A DNA stretch of 64,000 bases from Botryllus schlosseri (Eukaryota), in assembly GCA_051294905.1 (NCBI GenBank), contig CM119386.1, positions 7,688,001-7,752,000 of the forward strand. Reading direction: 5' to 3'. Positions 37,803 to 49,720 of the stretch are shown here, piece after piece; position 1 is the first letter of the stretch, and every line of letters starts with the position of its first letter. Made by a program: the position numbers and the translations under genes. Below the pieces are notes generated by a model that was given only the letters and a program-made list of their open reading frames with translations, searched no databases and was not told where the DNA came from.

Positions 37803-38016
37803 TTCTAAACTTTTTAAATCTAGACGCGCAAAGTTCACTTTTCTTGAATCTGGTACAATAAAAATCAACTTATGTCAGACTCGTAAGCCCCCCTGAGTGC
37901 GCTAAGCCCTCAGGTAACCTAGGCCCTTTCCAGCTGTTCTGGAAGACGCGGATTGTAGAATAACACACATGTTGACGAGTGTAAGGTTTTTGAGCTGTCG
38001 AGTTCGAGAGAAGTTA

Positions 38017-38062
38017 TTAATATATACCTTACATTTTTTCCCGTACGCTTAGAATGACGTAA
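38017..38062 (-). promoter_or_regulatory. Candidate jun core promoter: TATA-like box plus CRE/ATF-like site
   Basis: Minus-strand TATATATTAA at 38026-38017; TGACGTAA at 38055-38062, about 30 bp upstream. Confidence 0.5.
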
Positions 38063-41000
38063 CTTGAAGTCACATGAATGAAGGTGGGGAATAGGAGAGA
38101 AAATTCTCTACTTGTGTTTGCGAAAAACGAAGATCGAGTGCGTCAATCTTGTTTGTTTGGACCGGGAGAAAGGAGTTTTTGTACTACTCGCCTTATTTCC
38201 TGTCTATAGCGACCGTCGCGATATATATTGAATAGGATATCTGCAATATAAGACACCCTTTCTTCTAAACACAACCGATAGCAGACCCTGGAAAGTACCC
38301 ACGCCGGTAAAAACATGTTTGAATAGCACTTGGCACACTTTTAATAAGTTTCGGAGATATATTACCACTGTCGCCAAATGCTTGGCCGCTGTTAACGATA
38401 CAGAATCTGCTCGGAATTCACAACTTGAACATACTATCGACTCTGATTTTTTTCTTCGACTGAAAGTAATTTGTTTTTTTCGCTGTAATCGTGGAAAGCA
38501 GTCTTGTTTGTCCCAAAAAGTGAGGCCATTTCATAACATATTTACCAACGAGAAAGCACTCGACCTAGCGCAGCTTGACACCTCGAGGCACAAGCTCGGC
38601 ATAGTATTTTGACGGAGCTGAGCCGTTGCGAATTTTCGAAAATAATAGCAACGCTTGATCGTGCCATATAGCAGTTTCGAATAGGTACTACAAAACACTC
38701 GTTTTGCTCAATTCATGTACGAACAGCCGAAAAGCTATGGCCTACCTACGTGCATCAGTAAATTTTGCGACTGTCATCAATATGCGTGCCGCCTTGACAA
38801 TTATCGGAGGACAAAAATGCAGTACCAATTACCACAGCACAAAACTTGCAATCAGAAATCGCTGTTCTTTGCGATGGAAAATGTAAATGAAACATAAAAC
38901 AGCTATGTACCACACCATCACGGATACTTCATATAAACTAACCGGTTAGCGACAATAGATCACCGCATCCAAGTAGCTTAAGCTATAACTCTGAATACGT
39001 CATTGATCAACACTGTGTCAGCTCTAGTTTTCGATCGGGTTGGGCTGCCACATATCCGAATCCGATTGCTATTAGCCCGAAACTGAAAACGAAAACAAGG
39101 ACCTGTGGGCGTGTCCTTTGTAGTAGAAAATCCTAGTGACGTATGCCAATCGGGTCAATTGTTTACGGCGAAACGAGATTTCTAGGTCTCTTTGTGGATG
39201 CTTTAGCGCACAACATCCAAAGCTGTTTCGAAATATAGAATTTTGACGAACGACACGCTCAAACCTTGGGCATCCGAATGGTTTTCAGCTCTTTCGACAT
39301 TCTGCGGACGTTTTGTGAAAACAACCGGAATTTTATCGTGTTCTTTGAATGGCAGGCACATTTCTACAATTTCAGTTTTGTGGTACTCTGGTTCTGGTTC
39401 GTTTTATTTTCAATTCAAAACACCACGGCGACGTCACTATGTCAGATCATGGTCCGGTAATCTAGTTCGTTGTCATTCGGTAGAATCTGCTTGTATTTGC
39501 TTCCAAACAAATACATGAACAATTACAGTTAATTGTGCTCGAACCCTATCAATTTTAACGGCGTGTAAATACATAGAAGGCGATGACTACGGCCAGTCCT
39601 GATTCGCAATTTACGTATTTTCCCAATTTTGGCTGATAAATGTAAAAGCGCAGATGTCCAGTAAGCAGCGAGGACCAGGTGAGGATGTAAAAAGTCTTCG
39701 TCAATTGATCATAATTTCGCAACGCGGAAGTCGGAATACTGCGAACTGCGAAGTGCCTTCATTTCAACTTTCAACTTTAAGAAAGACGTTGCGTGGTCTC
39801 ATATATACGCAAATCATTTCTTATGGCGCAGGCGTTCTTTCGGTGTCCTTTTCGACAAGAGGTTGACGGTGTATCAAACGTCTACAATGTCTCTATTATC
39901 TTTATTATGCACGACGCCCTTTGTCGACGGGGCGCTGGTTTCGAATCGGCAGTTAACTCACCTTTATAGCGACCTTACCTGACTCTTAAGATAGCGTATG
40001 CTACCGCGTTTACGTGCTGCAAACGAACACGTTTAGTCGCGAATATATAATCGCTTCTGAACTCGGGTTTGGTAAATATGCAAACGTGTGTGTTGTAATC
40101 AATTCTCGGGACCTGGATGCATTGGAATATAAGACGTGCCTGATAGAGCTATTAAAAATGATACAGATATACACAGGTTAATAAAAGGCTGTGCATATGC
40201 GCAGTTCACACGCACACTTAAAACAGACAGGATTCGATCATCGTACATGAAAAGCGACGGTTACAGTGTCGGTGTTATCAAACCTCGAACATGATGCTGT
40301 TTTACGCCACCTTTATTTAGTTTCGCCGTTATAAACTCATAGGTTGACTCGTAGCTCTCCATTATATATGAAAAATATGACTTGACCTCGATTGCAGTTC
40401 GTGACTGCAACGACTATCCGAAATGGGCCAAATCATAACAGCAGTAGTCGACTGGACTGGACTTTTTTGCAGCGTTGTATATAGTATTGATGTCTATATC
40501 AGGCGTCGGGAATCTTTTTTTCTCTGCTAACTGGCATGAGATTTCTTGTAGACTATAATGTAACTAAAGGGTGTGCACTGTGCACTGTGCAGTGCACTGT
40601 CCAGTCCAGTGTCCAGAGACATCAACACGCACACAAATGTTTCCATTAAAGAGGTAGGCTTTCTAAAGTTGTCTCAGTGATCTGGTCCACTACAATTCTG
40701 AACCTTGTTAACCTAACTTGCAAAAGTATACGAACTTTTCGCCTACGACAGGTTGCTAATCACTGGTGTATGTATGCTATGCGTAACGTCAAGACCTGTT
40801 GCAACTTTCCTTTGAAGTTGTAACCAGTACCGGTTACAAAGTCTTGGAATTGGACCTTACAGAGCTTTCCGAAAGCTGTCGCCGATATAAAAAAAATCAC
40901 CCGTCACCCACCGTGAATATTTCTCTAACTGACGTTATATTACACATTCTTATATGAACTTATTTAACGAATACAAAATTAATAAAAATACATGTCGCCT

Positions 41001-42064
41001 TGGTATATATTCAGTGAGCTGGTAGTAGCAATGCGCGATGCATGAGGTATAGGTTATGTACGGAACACTTCGTGCTGGGCTCCAAGTATGACACTTAAAG
41101 CTGACAGAAAAATATTTGCGACTTGCATTTTCGACATTCCGCTGCGACAAGTGCCATCGACTCCGACGCCGTGGCATATTTGACATTTTTGCAAACATTC
41201 AATACTCCACAAGTTGGATCGGAAGATATCGGTATCATCGCGACCGGTGTGTTGAATATCCAAGCACCATTTTTATGTAGCCTGCGTCACGCATAGTGAT
41301 TGTAGTGGAGCTCCAGGCTATGGTGTGGAACTGATCCGAGATAATACAATCCGAACCGGGTGGCTCAATTATGGTCACATCGAAAGTGTAAAGTTATATA
41401 TCTTCAATCAATATGCCTGCAGCACCATATTTATCGTCAGATTTAATTCTATACTGGTTATTAGGACATTGCACTGTCTGCAGTGGTATAATGGAAGGGC
41501 TATCTCCATTTTTACGAAGTGATTTCACTGTCCGTGGAGAACACCGGCAGTTGTTTTCGAGTTTAACCAGTCGCGGGGATTTCCATTTCGTCACAGCCAG
41601 GCCGAAAACAACATTTTATTCGGCGAACAGCGACGTTAAAATTGTTTTTCGCAACGCTTCGCCACGGCTCGAGAAAACAGATCGCATATCCCGACATTCG
41701 CCGTTTCGCTCGGCGACAACAGAGAGAAACCGTCGCCGCTTTCTGATTCTCTCGCCCTACTCTTTAAATTCGCGGTTCACGGAAGGCCGTTCCGGAATCT
41801 AGAGCTCTCAGTGTGAGAGAACTTGGCATTACGTAATGTTCTATTCCGTACCATCACGTTTGAGTATGGCCTTTTAAGGATATGACAAGTGAGGATAAGC
41901 CCGTACATAGGTGGCTTTAATCGATACCTGATGTGGCTTCACCGACAATTCTACAAGGGTATAATTTCGGTCGAGGGTTATCTTAGTACAGTCTCGCTAT
42001 AATGATTCCGGAAAAAGCTATTGCAGTTGCAAGATGAGTTCGCCGCTTAATTGGTACACTATAC

Positions 42065-43105
42065 TGGGGTTGCATTTAAAACAAATGGTGCTTTAAAACA
42101 CTTTGTTTAAAACATGATTTAAACAGTGTTTTAAACAAATGCCTTTAAAAAAATTGTGTTTTATTTTAAATTGTATAATTATGCCATAATTGTGTTAATA
42201 CTTTCGAAAATAACATGATTTGCACCCGATATAGTCGACATATACGATATGAATGGTCGTAACTAGGGCTGCGCAAAATCGAGCACCTGAGTGCTTCGAT
42301 TTTGAATCACGTAAGATGCTTCGAGTCGAGTCGAGTAATCGAGTATCACTCATTATGACGTCATAACAGAATGTATTCCGCCAAAGCTCGAATGTGTACC
42401 GTTTATGCCACCACAAATAATATAATGCCTGTTATCCTTCTCATAAATGATACTTTGGTATTTTACGGCCATACCGATTTCATTCCACTTGGTGACAATG
42501 TTGTGGGAGGATCATGACTTCGGAAATGCGCTACGTCCAGTTATCTTCGTAGCTTTTATTTATTAGCATTTATCTGTGCTACATGTTTCGTATGCTACGA
42601 CACCGCCAATCAAGGTTTCAAGGCCTCAACAGTGAAAATTAGCATGGAAACTATAATTCTCATTGATAAATTAACTCCCAGTGGCGACAAGCGTTTAATT
42701 TCAGTACTCGAAAAAATCGTCTGTTACTACTCGACTCGAATCATTGAAATTAATACTCGATTCAGATTCGAGTACTCGAATCATTGCGCCCAGCCCTAGT
42801 CGTAACCTTCGAAATCGTAGTCGGTTAACAGTTATAGCACGTAGATTAGGAACGGATGTTCTGATGATGATGACGGCCGACCGTAAAATTCTGCATAACG
42901 ATGTAGTCCTGGTGAAAGACAATTTTATTTCCGTTTAAGACAGGGGTCGGAAGACTTTTTCGTCAAAGCAGCCACATTGACCCTATATTTTCAATTGTCA
43001 ATGTCAATCCACTGCGACGTCACAATTAAAAATTCGTGACATAACGGCTAAAGAATAAAAATAAAAAAACATGTTTTAAACATTTTTGTTTTAAATGCAA
43101 CCCTA
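42065..43105. mobile_element. hAT-type MITE family A, carrying a nested family C element
   Basis: TGGGGTTGCATTTAAAACAAA ... TTTGTTTTAAATGCAACCCTA; body homologous to 27915..28326; no clean TSD. Confidence 0.8.
42264..42798. mobile_element. hAT-type MITE family C (TAGGGCTG ends, GAGTACTCGA-type repeats), nested
   Basis: TAGGGCTGCGCA / TGCGCCCAGCCCTA; perfect TSD GTCGTAAC (42256-42263, 42799-42806). Confidence 0.9.
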
Positions 43106-43647
43106 TACTTACACTACACGTTTTTTCGTTTCCACACCATTATATAATTTCGTTTTATCGAAACATCATAAAGTTGAAGTAATGCAACAATAAATAAATT
43201 CATAAATCCAATCCATCCTATTTCTGTATACCCAAATGGAAAAACCTAATTTGATCTGTCCTTACGGACGATAGCGGCCCCTATTGACATTGATCGACTG
43301 TTGGGCGATGTTGCACATTTCAATTGCGAGTTGAATGAAAGGTAGAAGGTGTATGCGACAACCTGCTTGTGGATATCTAGAAGTACTACGTCAAATGCTG
43401 TAATTTGTTGCGATAGTGTATTGAGTATTGACTGAAGAAGATTTCCAATTATATCAAGCTACCAAAGCTGCACTGCAGAGACTTATTTCTCATTGCATTA
43501 CATTGAATTCATATAACTTGAGCATAATTTACTTTTATCGTTACTTTTTACGTTTATTACTGACCGTACGCGAAGCTTTTCGTTCCGTTACCCAGTGGAA
43601 TTTTCGGAATTCGTTCACGTTTAGCCTGTACTATTCCTCTCTCACTT

Positions 43648-43673
43648 GGAAGTCCCCCGTTCCATATGACTCA
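43648..43673. promoter_or_regulatory. Candidate NF-kB plus AP-1 composite element
   Basis: GGAAGTCCCC (reverse complement GGGGACTTCC) at 43648-43657 and TGACTCA at 43667-43673. Confidence 0.3.
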
Positions 43674-45565
43674 CGGGAGGTTAAACCGGGAGCAATCCGT
43701 GCGCGCTTAGTAAACGCATACTACCTTATTACAAAACTACGCCCCCGAAAAAATTCAAGTTCACAGACAAGTAGCATTCGAGCAACTAATTTTTCATGGG
43801 CGCATCAATGAAAATAATTAACAGTTTTAATTTTTAAGAAATTATTGTAGATTCGACCGCACAGTGCAATCATACGGATTACGAAGCGCCAGTCTTTTGT
43901 ACCCACTATCACTACAATAAATTAATTTTTTCCCAGAGACAGAAAACTTCACCAATTTTATGATGTTAATTATCAAATAATCATAACAAAACAGATTCCC
44001 TTACATCTGGCACTTTATTAACGTTTAACTTTATTTTTGAGACATAATTTCACAGAAATCGGTTAAAAAACACATAACGGACCTGGAGTAGGCATTGAAG
44101 CTGAGTGCAATTCATTACGCGGATTGGCATTTGATCAAAACATTAAGCACTTCATTCGCAGTATACGATAAATGGACGGTAAAGCTCATAGTAGCCTACG
44201 TACCGCGTTATCGACGACACTCGCATACCAAAGTTGCGCAACGAAAACTAACCCTCCCGTTGTACCCGGATACTTATAAGCGATCTATTTCCTGACCGTT
44301 GACGTAATCTATAACCCTACGGATGCCGCCGGCCTATATCTCCGTCGACACACACCAAACAGTATACAAGCCATGCACGTTTTGTGTTGCTTACGATTCT
44401 ATTTTTAAAGACCAATTGTCGAGCACAGCGTAACCGAACATCCTGGGTGTCGATAGGTGTCACATGACAGTTGGATTCGTCGACAAACATCATATATAAT
44501 TCGGAAGTACACACAAACAGCGGCATCGATACTGATTATTGGCGGAACAATGAACGGTCATCTCTTTCTCCTGTCTTTGTGTTTATTTTGATAGCGAATT
44601 TGATGGCCTGTAGGGCTATGCGTACGAGCGGATTCCGTTGAATCGAGCTCGATGCAGTATATCATTCTCATATATCCATGCTTCAGTACCGAAACACTGT
44701 CTTTTCGGTGCGATGTCAGGGTTATACAATATGACCCGAAAAGCCCATGCAGTCCGTGCACCCGATTATTCTAATACGCTTAGCATCAACATATAGCGTC
44801 AATACATTTTAGTTCTACCAAGAAACCGCATGTGCGAGTTATCGGGTTTAATGGAATACATGGCTCAAATTACGGCGTATCAATTATACTCGTAGTTGCT
44901 TGATGCTGTTGCCATACATATTCTGCCGTATTCGTTGAGATTTGAATATTCGAGACCAGGCATGTAAAATGAAGGCTGGGTAAAGGTTAGGGGATGAATA
45001 ATTTCCAAATCGCGTAGGTAATTGACAATAGGCAGACCAAGCGTGGTAAAGTTCGGGTTCTGGTTGCTGCCCGTTATCGTCCAATCAAAATATAGACAGA
45101 TTTTAATTGATAGTTTGCGAGTTCCACGTACATTGGAATTAGAGGACTCGCCAATCGACCCCAACGCCCTGTTAATATTGACCATCCCAATGGGACTACC
45201 CACCGATTACTATGTTAAATCGACCCTATTGCATTTTAGTTTTCTTGCACAGAATTTACATTCTTCGCCAATTTTACCGATAAATCAGATACGAGGGAGC
45301 CCAAAAAGCAATTCTGAAATATGAGCGTATTGACTTGGTAGATGAATATGTTTTGATAAAATTTGACACTTGATGTTTAACAAATTTTCACGATTTGCGC
45401 GACTTACATACGAGTATACGCTCACAGAATTTTCATGATGCTACTAGCGATTCTAACGTGGTCCTACTCGATAGCATTTAATTGAAATGTATCACCTTTG
45501 CCACCATCCAGTTGAGCCTTGTTACATGTTTTGTGGGTCTAATTATTTGAAGGCATACGCTAAAC

Positions 45566-46292
45566 CAGGGGTGGGCAACGTTTTCGGTCAAATGGCCACA
45601 TGAAATTTACCAGCCATTGCGTGGGCCACTTGAATGTTGATGACCATAATTAGTCGTCCGATAGGAACAGTGAAAACAAGACGTATCTTATACTACGCAT
45701 CAACATCGATAACATTTATGTCATGGAAACTCGGCGTGTATTTCTGTCCTAGACGCGCGCAGCGCGACCACATGTCGAAGCTAATAAGTGAATTGGATAA
45801 ATAAAATTGTTGCTTGCAGATATTTCGGATTGCAGTTTGCAAGGACAGGACTATTATAGACATTTTGACTATAGGCCTAAAGGACATATCAAGACATGCG
45901 TCCATAATTTTGTGCCAAAATTTCGTCGCAGACAATCTTTTTGCGAACGCATCAGCAAAGTCGCATGTTAGACGACATGTTAACGTCATAGTTGTGAATA
46001 TAATTTGACTAAAGTTTGTATCTTGGGCGTAGTTTTGATTTTTGATTTTCAGGAGGTGGTACCACTGTTAAAAGTAAGATACCGAGTGTGATGAAATCGC
46101 GCGATACGCGAAGAAACACTTCAAGTTAAATAAATCATCCGCGAAATATACGATAATCTAAAAAATGTAGCTTACCCGGGCTACGTCAATGCGTCGGAAC
46201 TAATATAACTAATTCCGGAAATTACATCGCAGGTCACTCGAAACCTTTTCGTGTCCACATGCGGCCCGTGGGCCACAGGTTGGTCACCCTTG
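45566..46292. mobile_element. Non-autonomous hAT (Charlie-like) element
   Basis: TIR CAGGGGTGGGCAAC / GTTGGTCACCCTTG; perfect TSD CGCTAAAC (45558-45565, 46293-46300). Confidence 0.9.
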
Positions 46293-46388
46293 CGCTAAAC
46301 AAACGTGCGTCCGCACTTCAACCCAATAACGCATGCACTGTAGGCATATCTGAACTGCATGCAGTCGGTTGGTCACATATATTGGTTG

Positions 46389-46525
46389 CAGACATGGGGT
46401 GATTACTTCATGAATGTAATCGATTGCCATTACGATTACTTCTGAATCACGCGATTACGATTACGATTACGATTACAGCATTCTTGTCAGGTCCATAACT
46501 GCCGCACCCCCAATTCCCCAATAGG
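46389..46525. repeat. (GATTAC)n-containing MITE-like fragment followed by a solo end of the 55853..57168 family
   Basis: GATTACGATTACGATTACGATTAC at ~46456-46479; CAGGTCCATAACTGCCGCACCCC at ~46488 matches the reverse complement of the 57168 end. Confidence 0.5.
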
Positions 46526-47038
46526 GTTTGGAGCGTGGTTGGAGGGGACTCAGAATTATTTTGTAAACCAACATAAATTATAGAGCATTTTCTAGAGATT
46601 TCATTAACTCGGAATTTCTCTTTGAGCCTTGCGATTTAAATGTCTCTATTACTGTCTTGGTTGAGGTGCATTGTGGTTGTCGTGAAGTATTGGCTGTTCC
46701 GTCGCAGGATATGATTTTATTGGGCAAGTACTTTTTGGAATCCTCAAGATTCGATTCCGATGATTCGGCCGTACTCCAAGTATATCATGAGACTGCATTT
46801 GCATGATGGCTAAATCGAATGAGGTACCCGAGACGTACCGTTATTGCATCGTCAGATAATATTTTTAGTTGAACAAGACACACACAATGTACAATGCGAT
46901 AAGACACAATGTACATCGTTATCTGGATATTTCCTTCCACTAATAAGATCGCTCAAATATTTTTTTGTGCGCCGGGGGAAGTCGACTCACATCTTCTTCA
47001 TAAAAGGTCTCCAAGTTTTCGATTACCGTAATTTTGAA

Positions 47039-47062
47039 ATATATATATATATATATATATAT
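47039..47062. repeat. (TA)n microsatellite
   Basis: About 12 TA units. Confidence 0.9.
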
Positions 47063-49706
47063 TTGTCACTTTTGAACAGACATCCACGTCACATCATTTA
47101 CAGTAAAAGTATACCACGAGCCACTGAAATTTCAATATCTGGGAGTAGAGTTGGTTCTGCATAAGTATATGACTGTACAATGCTTTCCCGACGATGTTTC
47201 GCAGCTATCTCGTATGTGGAATATAACATCGGGGTTTTTCGGTTCGAATTTTAGGCTATTCTGCTTTTATAGCCTCCTCATCTGTTTTTTTTCCTCAAAA
47301 TATTCCACAAACAAGCTACTTTCTTCTGCGTCCGATGCTATAGTTCTCATTTTAAATCTTCGTTTTAGGGTTGTAAACGTGTCAAAGTATTTCACCGAAA
47401 GTAATTTTAGACTTCACAATTTTAGAATAGGTGTGTCTGCTCCGTAAGTTACTACACTGATACAGCCATGCACTGCGACTCTTACCGACGTATTTAGACA
47501 TTGTGGCGTCATATTGAAACCGTGATCTATCAAAAAGAGTGAAAAATAAGGACAGCCCAAAATTTTTAGTGAGAAGGTAACCTGACCGCGAAATTTGGGT
47601 AACAGCTGACTTAAAAAGAACTAATTATCATGGTCCAATGCGATAATGTCGATCTTATAAATGAGGGTATAGTGTATATAGTCTTTTACAACATTTCGCC
47701 CTTCAAAATAAGGTGAAAAGTCATAAAAACGGACGGCATATCAACCCGACCTCAAGCAGGATAACTGAAAAAAAGGATCTCCTTCCTACTCGAAGCGTTG
47801 GATTTTTATATGACCTGATAAAAAATCGAATATATTATTGTTTAGCCAGCCTGTTCGAATAGCTTGAGTAATTTGAGAAGCGTTAGATTATTCCCGCGTA
47901 CTTCGGGACCTGATTATACTGGTGATTTGAAACGGAAATACTCGGAAGGCAAATCCAATGCAAAAGGTACAATCTTCGATTGGAACCTGAACCTGGATGA
48001 CGCAAACTGCGTGTGTTTATGTATATATAACATTCACGGAAGTAACGAACAATCTGCAGTGGCAACGCCGATACACGTTACGTCATGCGATCTTGAATGC
48101 CAAGTGGCAACAACCATGGCTAATCCCTATCGGTGTTGATTAAACTCCGATTTAGCAGAATAACCAACGGGTATACACAAGACTAGTTTGCGTACTGATT
48201 CCCTGGTCAGGTAAGTTGGAAATTATTTAGTGTGTTAATTGACCAATGACCATGTGACTTTATCACGCGTTGATTCCCGTAAGCGACTAGCGGGTAACGT
48301 TCGTTTTACGAGAAGTAATTTTCTCAACAGTCACCAAACAAAAGGCTCTTGAACATGCGCGAGAGCACTTGATATTGACACGTACGTCACTGGGTTCATA
48401 AACATTCACAAAATCGACTTCCTAACAGCACAATACTCGCGACACCAATCTCTTTTCCATGAGAAAAAGCGATTATCTGCCTTTTCCAGTTTGATTGCTC
48501 GGTAATAGCGCGTGAACTGATATTCGAAACGGTCCAAGTTTGTCGCACAAAGGCCCGCATTCACTGTCGCGCGCCGCTCCATTTCCGGCGACACCGCGCT
48601 GCGATGTCTGTAAAGCGTATGTAATCTTACACCGTGTAGCACCGCGCAAGCGAGACGTCTCGATGCGATGTTATAAACAAAATATCAGACGAAATTTGGT
48701 AGAAAAACAAGATCCAGCCGAAAGGTGTTGATTTCCACGCGTTTAGACGTTGACATATTTACCAAATGTCGTCTGGAAACGAGCGCTGTCTCCGAATCTC
48801 GCAGTTATCAGCTGTTATCATCTGCCGACCGATGGATTTGTGGAATATATTTCGCTGGGATAATCTTGACTCAATTTGTCTCTGGTCAGCGATTCTCAAG
48901 CTCGCCAATCCAACTTTAGAGACCGCCATAATCCTTTTTTTGTGCGGCCTTCAACTCGTACGTCTTCAATTAATCCTGATCCGCACACGCTGGCAATTCA
49001 ATTAAACTCAAAACTTGACATCGCCAATTTAAAATCTATCAACGACACACGTCCGGACGCTCGACACGGCTCGCGATTAGTTTGAAGAAAATATTATGGC
49101 AACAAACAAGTCGAAATTGCGGACGCGCATTATGCAGCATCGATATTATCTTGAGTTTTACTGAAATTGACCTGTAAACAAACTACCGTGTCTTGGAGAT
49201 CGCTGGCGATTAAGATTGGGCAATTTCACAAAGCGCCGCTTTGATAGCAGCAGTAAACCTTTGTGGTGACCGCGTCTACACGTGCAATTTCCTATACTAC
49301 GATTTTCGATCGAGCACACATACAAAACAACAACACCCCACGGTCTTTCGACCCGCCTTTGACGTCAATGTACGAAACAAACTTACCGTAAATATATCAG
49401 TAAAGCACAAATAGTGGTCATGTATTGGCCCTCTGAGTTATTTTCATAATATAATCCTTTAAACGCAAGCTTCCCAACGCAACGATTGAATAAAGTTAGA
49501 AAAGTGGGATTTAAAATTTCCAATCATGCATCTCGAGAAACTGATCAGCCAATTGGAAACGCTGCACGGTGTACCCACTGTACTGTCTACAATCCGTACG
49601 CTTGTTTACAACTCAAAATCACTTTGGCCATATGGGACAATAGTGGCGTTATGCTTCGGGTTCACCTAACTTGAACCTCAATGTGAAGATGGTATATATT
49701 ATAGTA

Positions 49707-49720
49707 GTCGCCATAGAAAC
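49707..49720. promoter_or_regulatory. RFX X-box consensus match
   Basis: GTCGCCATAGAAAC fits GTHNCC-AT-RGNAAC; single motif, function unproven. Confidence 0.3.

Noticed and set aside
41413-41802. 129-aa plus-strand ORF upstream of jun
   Set aside because: No recognisable motif; better explained by low stop-codon density in a CpG-rich regulatory patch
44399-44408. MEF2-like CTATTTTTAA
   Set aside because: AT-rich decamer expected by chance and far from the promoter
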